A stretch of DNA of 64,000 bases, from the IMG/VR virus record IMGVR_UViG_3300035670_000105, positions 26,163 through 90,162 of that record; one strand, 5' to 3'. Source of the DNA: a virus. Each line of letters starts with the position of its first letter. The first letter of the stretch is position 1. Position numbers and translations under genes: made by a program. Under the pieces are notes generated by a model that was not told where the DNA came from, made no database searches, and saw nothing but the letters and a program-made list of their open reading frames with translations. Below, piece by piece: positions 38,229-48,373 of this stretch.

Positions 38229-39752
38229 CTATGGCGCCAGCAACGGGGGTTCAGTTGATGGCAGATAGAAGGGCTGATCCAGCAGCTCACCAGGGCCCAG
38301 GTAGGGAAAGCTGTGCGCCTGGGTGAGCCGGCCGGCCCAGACATCGCCCAGCAGGGAGTCTTCCGCGGCCTGGGGTTCCGCTGTCAGCTGCTGCTGGTTG
38401 AACCGCGGTGCGCAGTTCCCCGGGAAGGTGCCATCGATCTGATTGGGCGGCAGGCCGATCCGCTCCACCGTCACCGTCCAGGCATCGCCGACAGCACCAG
38501 TGGTGATGGTGCTGGCCAGCCCCTTCCAGGCCTCGGCATCAAAGGCCTGACGGTTGAGGCGCTCAATGAAACCTGCCGATGCCAGCGGTGCGTTGAACTC
38601 CTCCAGCGGCAGCACTTCACCGGCCTCCATCGACGTGTCGCTGCCGATCACCACCAACACATCGCTCGGCTCAGCGGTGGGGGCGCCGAGGGCGAACCGT
38701 GCGGCGTGGCAATGCTTGCAAGCCTCCTCCGGCAACCGCCGCCAATCCAGCAGTGCAAACCGCCGCGCTGCACCCTCCATTGCGTCGACCGGCCGCTTCT
38801 CCGGTTCCTGCCGCAGGATGGCATCGAGGACATCGCGCAGGGGCAGCTGCAGGTCCGAGGCACCGCCGGGGCCGCGCTGGGGGAACAGCCCCTGGCTGCC
38901 CAGTGGCGTGTCCGGCCGCAGGCGGCCATAGGCCACGCCCAGATGCGCGGGACAGTTGCAGCTCACCACCGTGGACTGGGTGAGATGGCGGCCAGCCCGA
39001 AACCGCAGGGGTGGATCCTCCGGCCGCCGCTGGATGCGCCGCAGCAGCAGTGAGCCATCCCGCTGCCGCTGCCGCTGCCAGAACTGCGATCCATCGAAGA
39101 CCATCAGCCCGTCGTCCTGGTAGACGGCGACGCAGAGCAGGGCGATGCCGTCGGCGGGATCAGGATCCAGAGCTGTTGCGCTGATCGCCGAGTCCTCGAT
39201 CAGCTCACCGATCAAGCCGCTGCCGGCGGCGAGCGCGCCGGGCTGCCAGCAACCGGGCAGCTGTACAACCAGCAGTGGCGTCACCTGGCCGTCATCGGTG
39301 CTGGCGGTGACATCGAACTGGGCGTTGGCGCCGATCGCCACCGGCGCAATCTCCGTACCCCGCGGCTTGATCACTGTCGTCCAGCGGCCTTCAGGGCTGA
39401 GGCGAGAGGTGAAGCCGATCGCCAGGGATCGCCGGCTGATGAACCCATCCTGCGGACTGAACTCCGGTAGGGAGAGCACTTCGATCGGCTGATACTGACT
39501 GGTGTTGCGGTTCAGCTGCGTGAACGCCAGCTCCATCCCCCGCCGCCAGCTCGCCCATGACCCCCGCTGGTTCCAGTGGCGGAAGAGATCGGGAAAGGCC
39601 GCCTCCCCGATCTGCCCGTGGCCGCGGCCCTTGCGCGGGTAGACGCCCGACGGCTGCGCGCTGCCGACATCCAGGCGATCAGGGCGATTGAAACCAGAGA
39701 GCCCTTGATCAAAGCGCCCGCCGCCGCCAAAGCCATCACCACGCCGGCCCAC
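38229..39752 (-). CDS. SWIM-type zinc-finger-containing protein
   Basis: VSCNCP ... CKHC (CxC-xn-CxH); start uncertain. Confidence 0.6.
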   Translation of the reverse strand: MGRRGDGFGGGGRFDQGLSGFNRPDRLDVGSAQPSGVYPRKGRGHGQIGEAAFPDLFRHWNQRGSWASWRRGMELAFTQLNRNTSQYQPIEVLSLPEFSPQDGFISRRSLAIGFTSRLSPEGRWTTVIKPRGTEIAPVAIGANAQFDVTASTDDGQVTPLLVVQLPGCWQPGALAAGSGLIGELIEDSAISATALDPDPADGIALLCVAVYQDDGLMVFDGSQFWQRQRQRDGSLLLRRIQRRPEDPPLRFRAGRHLTQSTVVSCNCPAHLGVAYGRLRPDTPLGSQGLFPQRGPGGASDLQLPLRDVLDAILRQEPEKRPVDAMEGAARRFALLDWRRLPEEACKHCHAARFALGAPTAEPSDVLVVIGSDTSMEAGEVLPLEEFNAPLASAGFIERLNRQAFDAEAWKGLASTITTGAVGDAWTVTVERIGLPPNQIDGTFPGNCAPRFNQQQLTAEPQAAEDSLLGDVWAGRLTQAHSFPYLGPGELLDQPFYLPSTEPPLLAP

Positions 39753-39763
39753 TGCGCTGGGCC

Positions 39764-40261
39764 TCAGAAGTAGCCGCCCTGCACCAGGATGTTGGGTGCG
39801 GTGGCCACCGGCGTGCTGCTGTTGCACGCGGCCCACAGCGCCCAGCCCTTGGCCAGCCTGAGCCCACTGAACTGGGGAATGGCGTCAGTGGCTGCGTCAT
39901 TGCCGCCGCTGTGCGGCACCGGTGCCAGCAGGGATGGCAGGGGGAAGACGGCGGTGGCGCCGGGATCACCGCCGCCGGAGAGATTGAACTGGGCCAGGAA
40001 GAACGCATCGGCGCCCAGTAGTCCGGCATTGGTGGAGAGGTAGAGGTTCACCGATGTGGTGTTGCCCGCCACCCGCTGTACCAGCTGCACCACCTCGATC
40101 AGTGCGCCGTCATTGGCGGTGCAGTCGACCAGCAGGGCAGCGTTGGTGCCGGATGCTGGATCGACCGAGCCGGCCGGCGTGCTGGTGCCGTCGAGACGCT
40201 TGATCTCCAGCAGTGGCCGATCAATCAGCAGCGGCGCCTTGTTGGTGCTGGTGCTCGCCAT
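39764..40261 (-). CDS. Putative virion structural protein
   Basis: MASTSTNKAPLLIDRP...VQGGYF; promoter motif. Confidence 0.65.
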   Translation of the reverse strand: MASTSTNKAPLLIDRPLLEIKRLDGTSTPAGSVDPASGTNAALLVDCTANDGALIEVVQLVQRVAGNTTSVNLYLSTNAGLLGADAFFLAQFNLSGGGDPGATAVFPLPSLLAPVPHSGGNDAATDAIPQFSGLRLAKGWALWAACNSSTPVATAPNILVQGGYF

Positions 40262-40286
40262 CTCAGATCACGGGACTGCTTGCGCC

Positions 40287-40295
40287 GAGGGTATG
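40287..40295 (-). promoter_or_regulatory. CATACCCTC promoter motif
   Basis: 25 nt before ATG 40261. Confidence 0.7.
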
Positions 40296-40300
40296 GCGGT

Positions 40301-41170
40301 TCAGGCCATCACCATCGCGTTCAGCCGATCACGGAAGGCAGCGGATGCAGCGAAGGTGCGCGACAGCTCGGCGTTGTCCTCTGGGGTTCCGCCGGGGCTG
40401 ATGTTCCAGCTCTCGCTGCCATCGGTGCGCGGCGGTGTCCAGTCGCTGGAGCTGGGGTAGCCGTCACGGATGGGGCCAAGGGAGGTGTTGGACTGCATGA
40501 TCGGCGCATCGCGGTCGATGCCGTCACTGCCCGTCGCCCGGCTGGTGTAATCCCGCAGAAACTCCTCCCCCCAGGTGGGGCGAGCGGGGACATCGAACAG
40601 CCCGCTGTTGATGGCCTCATTGGCGGCATCGCTGCCGCCGAATTCGCCGCCACCAGGCGATGAATCCCGCGCCGGCTCAGGACGCTTCCGCTTGCCATCC
40701 CGCTCCCGTTCCCGTTCGCGCTCGGGCCGGGCGCCGTAGATCGGCACGAACTCCTTGCCGCCCGGCAGTTCGCCATCTCCTATTGCACCGCCCCTTGCCC
40801 ACATCCAGGGTGCACCGCCCGTCCTGGTGGGCTCCAGGTGCACCTCCTTGTAATCCACGATCGGTGCGCCCTTGCCGCCTCGCAAGCTGTTGCCGCTGCG
40901 CTCCAGATAGCGGTTCAGCTTGTCAGCGGAATGGGCGGTGGCCTGGCGGTTGTAGCGCCAGCCCATGCCGTCATCCGTGTCCATCCAGTCCGTGTTGATG
41001 TCGCTGTCACGCCCTGCGACACCGCCATCCTTGTTCAGCCAGAGCCGGTGGCCGGAGGTGCCTGGCAGCTTGGTGGAATGCTGCTTCCACGCCTTCTGCT
41101 CGCGCTCATCCCTGCCGTCTGCGCCACCACCGCCGCGGTTGCGATCGTCTTCCCGTCGATCCCGGCTCAT
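40301..41170 (-). CDS. Hypothetical low-complexity protein
   Basis: Promoter motif 20 nt upstream. Confidence 0.65.
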   Translation of the reverse strand: MSRDRREDDRNRGGGGADGRDEREQKAWKQHSTKLPGTSGHRLWLNKDGGVAGRDSDINTDWMDTDDGMGWRYNRQATAHSADKLNRYLERSGNSLRGGKGAPIVDYKEVHLEPTRTGGAPWMWARGGAIGDGELPGGKEFVPIYGARPERERERERDGKRKRPEPARDSSPGGGEFGGSDAANEAINSGLFDVPARPTWGEEFLRDYTSRATGSDGIDRDAPIMQSNTSLGPIRDGYPSSSDWTPPRTDGSESWNISPGGTPEDNAELSRTFAASAAFRDRLNAMVMA

Positions 41171-41190
41171 AACAGCAACTGCGCTGGGGT

Positions 41191-41199
41191 GAGGGTATG
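41191..41199 (-). promoter_or_regulatory. CATACCCTC promoter motif
   Basis: 20 nt before ATG 41170. Confidence 0.7.
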
Positions 41200-41207
41200 G
41201 ATCGCCA

Positions 41208-42089
41208 CTACAACCCGAGGCTCACGCCATAGCGCTTCTGCTCGTCTTCTTCCAGCAAAGATCGCGGCTGAAGGCTGCTGGGGCTGACCGATGGGCTGCT
41301 GCTTCCCCAGCTACTGCGGGTGCTGTCGATGAACTGGTTGGCTTCGCTCACCGCGTCGCGCAGTTGACTGGACAGCGCAGTCGGCCGGTAGTTGTTGAAC
41401 ACCTTCGCTTCCAGATCCGGCTCATAGGTGTCGATCGCATTCAGCTCGGCGTTGAGCCAGCCGTCCCGATCCGCCGTGCCGTAACTCTGCCCGGTGGCCG
41501 GCGGTGGCGTGGCCGGCTCGCTGCTCCCTGTCCCGGTGCTGCCCAGCAGCTCCCCGATCGCCTGGGCGCCGCTGCTGTGATGCACGGCCGCGGCCTTCTC
41601 CTTGGCCGCCGCGGCCTTGTCCTGCCAGCGGTTGATCTTCCGCTCTGCCCCGGGCTTCACCGCCTTGACCTGATCGGCGACTTTCCCGATCTGCTTGAGG
41701 CTGTAGCCGTCCTGCTTGAGATCCTTCGCTTCTCCCTTGCTTAGCTTCTTGCCGACCGCGTCCAGGCCTGCTGCAACCGTCGGCCGGGCGTCATTGCCAC
41801 CTCGGCCGCTGCCCATTCGATCCAGCAGGGGCTGGGCGCTCTGGCCTACTTGATCCACCCGGCCAGCCACCTTCTGAATCTGGCTGCCGCTGTAACCCTG
41901 CTGCTTGAGATCCTTGACATCTTTCCTGTTCAAGGTGTTGCCCACCTGTGCTGCAGCCTGCTTGACCGAGCCGCCCTGGCTGGAAGATTGCGACTGCCGG
42001 GCTTTCTGCTGGGCAGCCTCAGCTCTCTGCTTGGCCTCCTGTGCCTTGCGGCGTGCTTCGTCTGAGCTGCCGCCTTTCTTCTTGCTCAT
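41208..42089 (-). CDS. Hypothetical protein with internal repeat
   Basis: KDLKQxGYSxxQIxKVA occurs twice. Confidence 0.65.
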   Translation of the reverse strand: MSKKKGGSSDEARRKAQEAKQRAEAAQQKARQSQSSSQGGSVKQAAAQVGNTLNRKDVKDLKQQGYSGSQIQKVAGRVDQVGQSAQPLLDRMGSGRGGNDARPTVAAGLDAVGKKLSKGEAKDLKQDGYSLKQIGKVADQVKAVKPGAERKINRWQDKAAAAKEKAAAVHHSSGAQAIGELLGSTGTGSSEPATPPPATGQSYGTADRDGWLNAELNAIDTYEPDLEAKVFNNYRPTALSSQLRDAVSEANQFIDSTRSSWGSSSPSVSPSSLQPRSLLEEDEQKRYGVSLGL

Positions 42090-42241
42090 CAGCGCTGGCC
42101 CTCGCTGCTCACCGGCAGGGTATTGCCGCTCAAGGCCTGCACCTGTCCATAGGCCTCAGCTCGCGCTGCCGTGTGCTGCGGCAGTGACTGGTTGATGAAG
42201 TCCACCAGGAAAGCCTGGCCGGGATGAACCTGCTGCGTCAT
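42089..42241 (-). CDS. Small hypothetical protein (50 aa, not in the ORF track)
   Basis: MTQQVHPGQAFLVDF...; GAGGA SD; TGATG coupling. Confidence 0.45.
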   Translation of the reverse strand: MTQQVHPGQAFLVDFINQSLPQHTAARAEAYGQVQALSGNTLPVSSEGQR

Positions 42242-42249
42242 CGAAATCC

Positions 42250-42930
42250 TCAAGCGGTGGGTGGCATGGTGGGCGGCTTGCCCTTGCCCTTCATCTCCCC
42301 CTTGATCGAGGGGAACTGGGCCATGGCCGGATCGCCGATCACCGTCTGCGGAGCAAAGCGAGGATCGAGATCCATCGATGCCGGCATCGGCGCCTGCCCC
42401 ATCTGCACCGGTGCGGCCAGATCACTGAAGTCCTGCAACGGCTGAGACGGCAGCGGGGCGCCCTGGTAGCCATAGGGCCCCGGCATCGAGGGCGGCTGGT
42501 TGCTCAGCACCCACTCATTGGGCGGCTGCTGGACAGGGGAGAAGCCGGTGCGCGCCTGCATCTGCGGCAGCTTGAGGCCCTCCTGCATTGCCAGCGCCTC
42601 GTTCTGCTGCCACGGCTGGGTGATCAGCTTCGCGGCGGGTGGTGTCGGCGGCCTCTCCATCGCGGCGGTGCCAGGCTGCAGCTGCTGCCAGTCGCCATAG
42701 AGGTTGCTGCGCACCACCGGGTTGGCAGCATCGCTGTGGCTATCGAAGTTGCGCGGGTTGTTGGGCACGCTGCGCTGCTCCGCTGGTGACGCCAGCCCCA
42801 GCTGCTTGTAGAAGGTGTCGGCGCGGCCCTGCTCCCGCTTGTTCAACACCCCGCTGCCTTCTGGATCACTGCCCTTGCTGAGGTAGGCCCCGGGATCCAT
42901 CCGGCGTGCCGCCCGTGCTGTTGGATTCAT
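42250..42930 (-). CDS. Pro/Gln-rich hypothetical protein
   Basis: GGAGG SD. Confidence 0.65.
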   Translation of the reverse strand: MNPTARAARRMDPGAYLSKGSDPEGSGVLNKREQGRADTFYKQLGLASPAEQRSVPNNPRNFDSHSDAANPVVRSNLYGDWQQLQPGTAAMERPPTPPAAKLITQPWQQNEALAMQEGLKLPQMQARTGFSPVQQPPNEWVLSNQPPSMPGPYGYQGAPLPSQPLQDFSDLAAPVQMGQAPMPASMDLDPRFAPQTVIGDPAMAQFPSIKGEMKGKGKPPTMPPTA

Positions 42931-42940
42931 CGATGCCTCC

Positions 42941-44416
42941 TCAGCGGTTGTAGAAGTTGAAGCCCGCCGGCGGCGTCACAAACGACGGCCCCCGCTGCAT
43001 CCGCCGCGCTTCTTCCACCTGCTCAGGCGTGAGCATCGGCAGCTTGGTGGTGGCGCCAGCCTTGGGTGCGCCCAGCCCCAGCGCCAGTGCATTGGTGGCG
43101 CCATACATCGACGCCATCTCCGGCGGAGTGAGTGCCTTGGCATCCACCCCGGCATTCGCCAGTGCTGAAAGAGCGGTGGGGTTCATCTCGCCGCCGACAC
43201 CAGGCACTGCCTGGGCATTCACCTGATACGGCAGGGTGCCGGTGCCCGCCACCTTGAAAGCCTCCTGGCCCCGGGCCCGCAAGGCCTCGTCGGCCGCGGC
43301 CGTCATCGAGAACGCCGGGGCTGCGGCAGCAGCCGCCGCCCCTGGCACCTGCGCGTTGAAAGCGACCGCCGGATCGATCCCGCTGCTCTGCAGATCAGCG
43401 CTGGAGAGCGAGAAGTTCTGCGGCATGGGCGAATTGCCTTTGGCCGCGGCTGATGGTGCCTGGCCGCCCTTGACCTGGGCCAGGTAGCCCTCCAGCTGCT
43501 TCATCGACATCGGCCGCATCTGATTGCTGTCGGCGGCGAACGTCTGTAGATCCCCGCCTTGGGCGGCAATCTCATCAGCCATCACCAGCCGCGCACGGCG
43601 CATGCCCTCCATGGAGTCGGGTGCATCGAGAAAGGCGCGGCGGCGGCGGCTCTCCAAATCACCACCAGCAGTGGGCTCTGCAGCCGCCGGGTTGAAGTTG
43701 GTGGCCGCGGCAGTGCCACCGCCCAGGTTCAACTGCGGTGCATTGGCCCCGAACGCCACGGCCGGATCGATGGTGCCCTCGCCGCTCATCGCACCGGGCT
43801 GTGGCTGCCAACCGCCCATCATCTTGCCGCCATCAACAGCGGGTGCAGCGGTTGTCATGGCGCTACTCCAATCCATCCCGCCGCCGGCGCTGCCGCGGCC
43901 CAGGCCCAGGGCCTGCAGCTGCGCGGAGGCATTGGCCAGATCACTGGCGCCCGGCGCGATCGGACTGGCCATCGTCTTGCTGGCACTGACTGCCGGCGCA
44001 CTGCCGCTCCCGACTGAAGCTGGAGCCGTGGCGGCCACCCGGGCCATCGTGCGCTGCGCAGGGGGGACGCTGCCACCACCGGGCGGCGGAGGCGCAGCGG
44101 GAGGGGCAGCGCCAGGCACAGGAGGCTGGCGGTTGCCAGACGGTGGGGGGCCCACCTGAATACCCGCCCGCGCCATCTGGCTGTATTCCGCCTGACGGTT
44201 GGCAAAGCGGGAGGGAGGACGCCCTGCAGGGACGCCGCCAGCAGGGGGGACTGCTGCATTGGCCGGGTTGGGGGCGCTGGGTCGCGGTGCCATCCCGTAC
44301 CGGGCCCGCTCGTCATCCGCCATCGACCGAATGCCAGAACCGAAGAAGTTCTGAATGCCCTGCCAGGCACCCGCATTCAAATTGCTGTTTTGCCCCGAGC
44401 GGGTGGTGGGTGGCAT
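42941..44416 (-). CDS. Ala/Pro/Gly-rich protein, candidate internal virion protein
   Basis: Promoter motif; RRRAFLDAPDSMEGMR. Confidence 0.6.
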   Translation of the reverse strand: MPPTTRSGQNSNLNAGAWQGIQNFFGSGIRSMADDERARYGMAPRPSAPNPANAAVPPAGGVPAGRPPSRFANRQAEYSQMARAGIQVGPPPSGNRQPPVPGAAPPAAPPPPGGGSVPPAQRTMARVAATAPASVGSGSAPAVSASKTMASPIAPGASDLANASAQLQALGLGRGSAGGGMDWSSAMTTAAPAVDGGKMMGGWQPQPGAMSGEGTIDPAVAFGANAPQLNLGGGTAAATNFNPAAAEPTAGGDLESRRRRAFLDAPDSMEGMRRARLVMADEIAAQGGDLQTFAADSNQMRPMSMKQLEGYLAQVKGGQAPSAAAKGNSPMPQNFSLSSADLQSSGIDPAVAFNAQVPGAAAAAAAPAFSMTAAADEALRARGQEAFKVAGTGTLPYQVNAQAVPGVGGEMNPTALSALANAGVDAKALTPPEMASMYGATNALALGLGAPKAGATTKLPMLTPEQVEEARRMQRGPSFVTPPAGFNFYNR

Positions 44417-44437
44417 AACAACCTGACGATCTCAGGC

Positions 44438-44446
44438 GAGGGTATG
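44438..44446 (-). promoter_or_regulatory. CATACCCTC promoter motif
   Basis: 21 nt before ATG 44416. Confidence 0.7.
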
Positions 44447-44452
44447 AAGCGC

Positions 44453-44947
44453 TCAGGCCCAGGCCATTCCGCCGGAGGCCTCCAGCAAGCGTGTACCCAC
44501 CGATGTATCCGCAGGGCCTGGCACCGCCAGAATGAACTCACCGCCGCTGCGCTCAAACGCATACCGCCGCACTTCCTCGCGGCGGTAGTTCGCCAGATAG
44601 AGCGTCTCCGCCAGCCGATCGACTTCCCTGAGGTAGATCTCCCGGTACTGGGTATCCGCTGAGAGGGGATCGGCGATGCTGATCGCCCGGTTGGCATCCC
44701 CGAAGATTGTCTGGGTGCGGCTGGGAGCGATCTGTCCGGTGGTGGACACCGCCCGCAGCACCTCGGAGGCATCCCAGGCTCGATCACAGCGATCCAGCTG
44801 GTTGATGATCCGCTCGTACCAGTGGCTGTTCGGAACGCGATTGACCGCCTCGTGGAAGCGCGCCATGTCCCCAGCAGGGACTGTCGCGCCTTCATTCATG
44901 CCGAGGTGAAAGGCGGCCCTGTCAATGTCGTGCTGATTGAGCCGCAT
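44453..44947 (-). CDS. Putative head-completion/adaptor protein
   Basis: Position downstream of capsid; FHLG...LAETLYLANY...PGPADTSVG. Confidence 0.45.
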   Translation of the reverse strand: MRLNQHDIDRAAFHLGMNEGATVPAGDMARFHEAVNRVPNSHWYERIINQLDRCDRAWDASEVLRAVSTTGQIAPSRTQTIFGDANRAISIADPLSADTQYREIYLREVDRLAETLYLANYRREEVRRYAFERSGGEFILAVPGPADTSVGTRLLEASGGMAWA

Positions 44948-44987
44948 CGGCCACTCGCCCCCTGCTCAGCAGGGTATGGCCGCGGCC

Positions 44988-45431
44988 TCAGCTCACGTAG
45001 AGCGTGTTGCTGGAGAAGACGGTGTCCCAGTTCACGCGGGTGCTGGCAGAGCGCAGCTGATCGAGCGTGCGGTACACCTCGCCGGGCTGGGAGAGCTGGT
45101 TGGCCTTGATCGTCTTGGCCACCCGGTAGCCCACGCCTGGCACGCGCTTGGCGATCTCCTCCGCTGTCGCGGTGTTGACGTTGAGCCGCGTCTCGGCGAT
45201 GTCGATGATCGGATCAGGGATCGGCTCATCAGGCTCCTCACCCACCCGGCCGGCAGCGGTGGTGGAGTAATCGGGCGTTCCCTGCTCGTCGCAGGGCAGC
45301 AGGTTGGAGAGCAGGGCGTAGTAGGGGACGTTGTCCTGGCCCTTGACCAGGACGAACTCCTCCTTGCCTCCCTCGGCGCCGACGCGCTTCACCCGCTTGC
45401 CTGTGCGCTTGTCCTGATAGATGGTGGACAC
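44988..45431 (-). CDS. Helix-hairpin-helix (ComEA-like HhH_3) protein
   Basis: RLNVNTATAEEIAKRVPGVGYRVAKTI. Confidence 0.75.
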   Translation of the reverse strand: MSTIYQDKRTGKRVKRVGAEGGKEEFVLVKGQDNVPYYALLSNLLPCDEQGTPDYSTTAAGRVGEEPDEPIPDPIIDIAETRLNVNTATAEEIAKRVPGVGYRVAKTIKANQLSQPGEVYRTLDQLRSASTRVNWDTVFSSNTLYVS

Positions 45432-45509
45432 GACTGTGGCTGGCTGGACTGGTGTGAGGGTAGATGCAACTGCGGTTGTTGCACAGGGGATTGCCGGTGA
45501 CGACTGGGC

Positions 45510-45539
45510 AAAAAAAAGCCCGGCCACAAGGACCGGGCT
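45510..45539 (-). terminator. Intrinsic terminator of the capsid operon
   Basis: Minus strand AGCCCGGTCCTTGTGGCCGGGCT followed by a T run. Confidence 0.85.
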
Positions 45540-45601
45540 CTCGCTCGGAGTCAAGCCTCCCCGAAGCGAAGTACAACCTACACCGAAGTCAGACTACCAG
45601 C

Positions 45602-46372
45602 TCAACCGGCGTAGCCGGAATACTGGGCCCCGGGCAGGGAGACGGAATCCATGCCGGCCACCCCTTCGGGGACCAGATAGACCACCTCGCCCACCACGTA
45701 GCAGCCGCCGGTGAGGGCGGAACTGATGGCACTGCCGGCGGTGTTGCCGGCGGTGGCGATGGAGTAGAGCTTGAGGGTCAGATCGGTGTTGGTGACAACG
45801 GGCGACCCGAAGGCGGTCTGCACCAGCTCAAAGCCGGTGGGCACCTGACCGGCTGCATCGACCACGATCTTGGCAGTGCCGTCCGACGCGGTGCGGACGG
45901 CACCAGCGGCGATCGAGCCAGTGGCGGATGCGGAGATCGCAGCCGTGGAGATGGCGAGCAGATCGGTGGCCGTACCGACCAGGCCGCTGCCCAGATCATC
46001 AGCCTCCTGACGACTGCCGGAGCTGTAGTAGCCAGGCTGGGCATTGACCGCAGGAACGCGGAAGCCAGCGCGGATGACGACAGAACCGGAGGGAATGAAC
46101 AGCCCGGTGATGTCAGCACGGGGCTTGTCATCAGGGCGCAGATCCGGCGAGAGGATTTTGAAATCCCAGCTGGTAGCGCCGGCCGTGATGTGAGCGACAC
46201 CCACCTTCCGCACGGCCAGCCAGCCGGGGCAGAACATCAGGGCCTGCTGCTTGCGATCACGGGGATCACCAGAAGCACGGCCATTGGCGGAGAAGTCGTC
46301 GTTGGGCGATGCGTAGGCGTTCAGGTGAGCGACGGCATTGCCGGGATAGATCTTCTTGTAAGACTCAGCCAT
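45602..46372 (-). CDS. Putative capsid-associated structural protein
   Basis: Immediately downstream of capsid, before the terminator; GAGG SD. Confidence 0.6.
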   Translation of the reverse strand: MAESYKKIYPGNAVAHLNAYASPNDDFSANGRASGDPRDRKQQALMFCPGWLAVRKVGVAHITAGATSWDFKILSPDLRPDDKPRADITGLFIPSGSVVIRAGFRVPAVNAQPGYYSSGSRQEADDLGSGLVGTATDLLAISTAAISASATGSIAAGAVRTASDGTAKIVVDAAGQVPTGFELVQTAFGSPVVTNTDLTLKLYSIATAGNTAGSAISSALTGGCYVVGEVVYLVPEGVAGMDSVSLPGAQYSGYAG

Positions 46373-46413
46373 GGAAAGTTACCTCTTGGATGGGTGAAAT
46401 GTCCTCCTTAGAT

Positions 46414-47168
46414 TCAGACGGAGTAGATGAAGCTGTGGGCGATGGTGACGAAATCGAGATTCAGATTTTCGAAGCCCGCGAACAGGCTCCAGATGAGAAT
46501 CACATAACGCGAAAAGTCATCATTGCTGTTGATGAGGACTTGCGCATTGTTCCCGCCGACACCAATGCCGATTGCCTGCGGCCCGAAGAACATCGCTGTA
46601 GCAGCTCGGGTGCTCTTCGCGGTGTTGGCCGAGAAGCCCGACGCACCATCAATCGACACCGAATAGTTATATTCGGGGACGTTAGTCGACTCGAAGAAGC
46701 GACACCCCTCAAACAGAAATCCCTGCGGCATCGTTGGCGCTCCGGCTACAAAGCCGGCTTGGCCATAGGCGGGGCCCATTCCCAGGAAATTCGATGCGTT
46801 AGGCGCCATGAATGGCTGCATCGGATTCACCATCCCGTTGCCAGGATAGCGTGCGATCTCCCTGAAATCTTCGTCCTGCCTGAGGTGCATGAGGAAGGCA
46901 GGATCGACCAGTGCTCGATAGTAACCATCCGCAAACGTCGGGACGTTGCGAGCACGCATATCGGTGACGACCTTGAGTAGATCGTTCTTCACCGAGAACT
47001 TGGCCTGGTTCTCATCACCAGCACCGGAGACATCATAGCCAGGTGTTGCCAGACCGGCTTCACTCAGGCCGCCAGGGAAGTAGTAACCACCCTGCTCTTC
47101 ATTGGCTTGACCGCGAGAGTAAGCCTTGTAGAGTTCGTTGATGAACACACGATCGCGCCAGCGGCGGT
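46414..47168 (-). CDS. Major capsid protein, exon 3
   Basis: Joining T|AC gives ...LLDD-Y-RRWRDRVF...; ends NDDFSRY..IWSLFAGF. Confidence 0.88.
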
Positions 47169-48373
47169 CTACCGAACCCGCTTTGGGAAGCGAGCCGCGG
47201 GGCTCTTTATCCCCGCGTCTACCCTTTGTCATCGAGTAGAGTCAGACTATATCTTCATCCGCTTTCAAGTGCTCGTCCCACTACGCGACCTCGGTATTGA
47301 GGCCATGGAAAGACTCACGGATACGATGAGCGACGCTGAAATCAGCGCTCTCTACGGCCTCACGAGAACCGCTGCTACCCACGCCAGGAAGCAGCTAGGT
47401 GTGAAGTCGTATGCGGAGAAGCACGGCAAGCGTCGCTACCGCGACAGCTACGAGCCAAAGCCCGGTGCCAAGCGTGTCTTCTCCCATCGCCTTTCCGGTG
47501 TTGACGAGCACTACTTCAGTTCCATTGGAACTGAAGACAGGGCCTACTGGCTTGGCTTCTTTCTTGCAGATGGCTGGATCGTCACGGAGAAAGGGACCCC
47601 CACTGGCTTTGCCATCGCCCTGCACGAGCGAGACAAAGAGGCCCTGCAGGACTTACAGAACCGCCTTGGTGGAAGCAACATGCTCCGAAGAACCAGGCCA
47701 GGCAGCAACCTACTGCAACTCAAATTGACCTCAGGCGTAGCTGCGAGACAGCTCATCCTTCACGGGGTCGTCCCCCGAAAGTCAAGAGTCGCCACTCTTC
47801 CCAAGCTATCCGACGAACTGATGCCCCACTTAATCCGGGGCTACTTCGACGGTGACGGGTCTATCAGCGTAAGAGGCGTCACGCTAACTATGGATTTCAC
47901 CTCTGGTAGCAAGGTTTTACTTGACCAGATAAGAGTCCATCTTGAGCGTGTGGCTGGCGTCAAACCAAACCTTACACCTGACCGCGCCTCTTGGAAGTTG
48001 CGTTTTTACGCAGAGAACGCTGTTCGCCTCGGCTGCTATATATATGGGCGTCCAGCCCATAACCTGTTCTGCCTTAGTAGAAAGAAGCAGAAATTCCTGT
48101 CTTATCTTGAAACGGATGCGGGGCACTCGTGGGAGCAATTACTGCCCGTTCTGGGCTCGGCTCCTAGTCGTTGAACCTTCCGTCCTGTTCCCAGGAGGGC
48201 TTGGCTGCTGATTACCCATGCGGCGTGGATCTTTTCAAGCCGTCGCGTCTGCCCTCTCAGGCTCCGCTGTGGCGACCCAGCTTTTTCCCTTGCTGAAGGG
48301 GGAAGGGCTTCCAGCAATTCACCCCGTATTGCCCTGACAGTTACCTGTCAGGCGACCACCAGCCTTTCGGCCG
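47169..48373 (-). mobile_element. Group I intron 2 of the capsid gene (1205 nt), carrying a homing endonuclease in L8
   Basis: Exon U / terminal G; P AATTGCTGGAA 48309-48319; Q AATCAGCAGCCAAG 48200-48213; R GTTCAACGACTA 48165-48176; S AAGATATAGTCTG 47243-47255; P1 with U.G pair. Confidence 0.93.
47305..48174 (+). CDS. Double-motif LAGLIDADG homing endonuclease, antisense to its intron
   Basis: YWLGFFLADGWI and HLIRGYFDGDGSI; N-terminal HTH-like part; alternative GTG start at 47269. Confidence 0.9.
   Translation: MERLTDTMSDAEISALYGLTRTAATHARKQLGVKSYAEKHGKRRYRDSYEPKPGAKRVFSHRLSGVDEHYFSSIGTEDRAYWLGFFLADGWIVTEKGTPTGFAIALHERDKEALQDLQNRLGGSNMLRRTRPGSNLLQLKLTSGVAARQLILHGVVPRKSRVATLPKLSDELMPHLIRGYFDGDGSISVRGVTLTMDFTSGSKVLLDQIRVHLERVAGVKPNLTPDRASWKLRFYAENAVRLGCYIYGRPAHNLFCLSRKKQKFLSYLETDAGHSWEQLLPVLGSAPSR

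Noticed and set aside
44988-45431. psbU auxiliary photosynthesis gene
   Set aside because: Only the generic HhH_3 motif is shared; there is no signal peptide and it lies in the structural block
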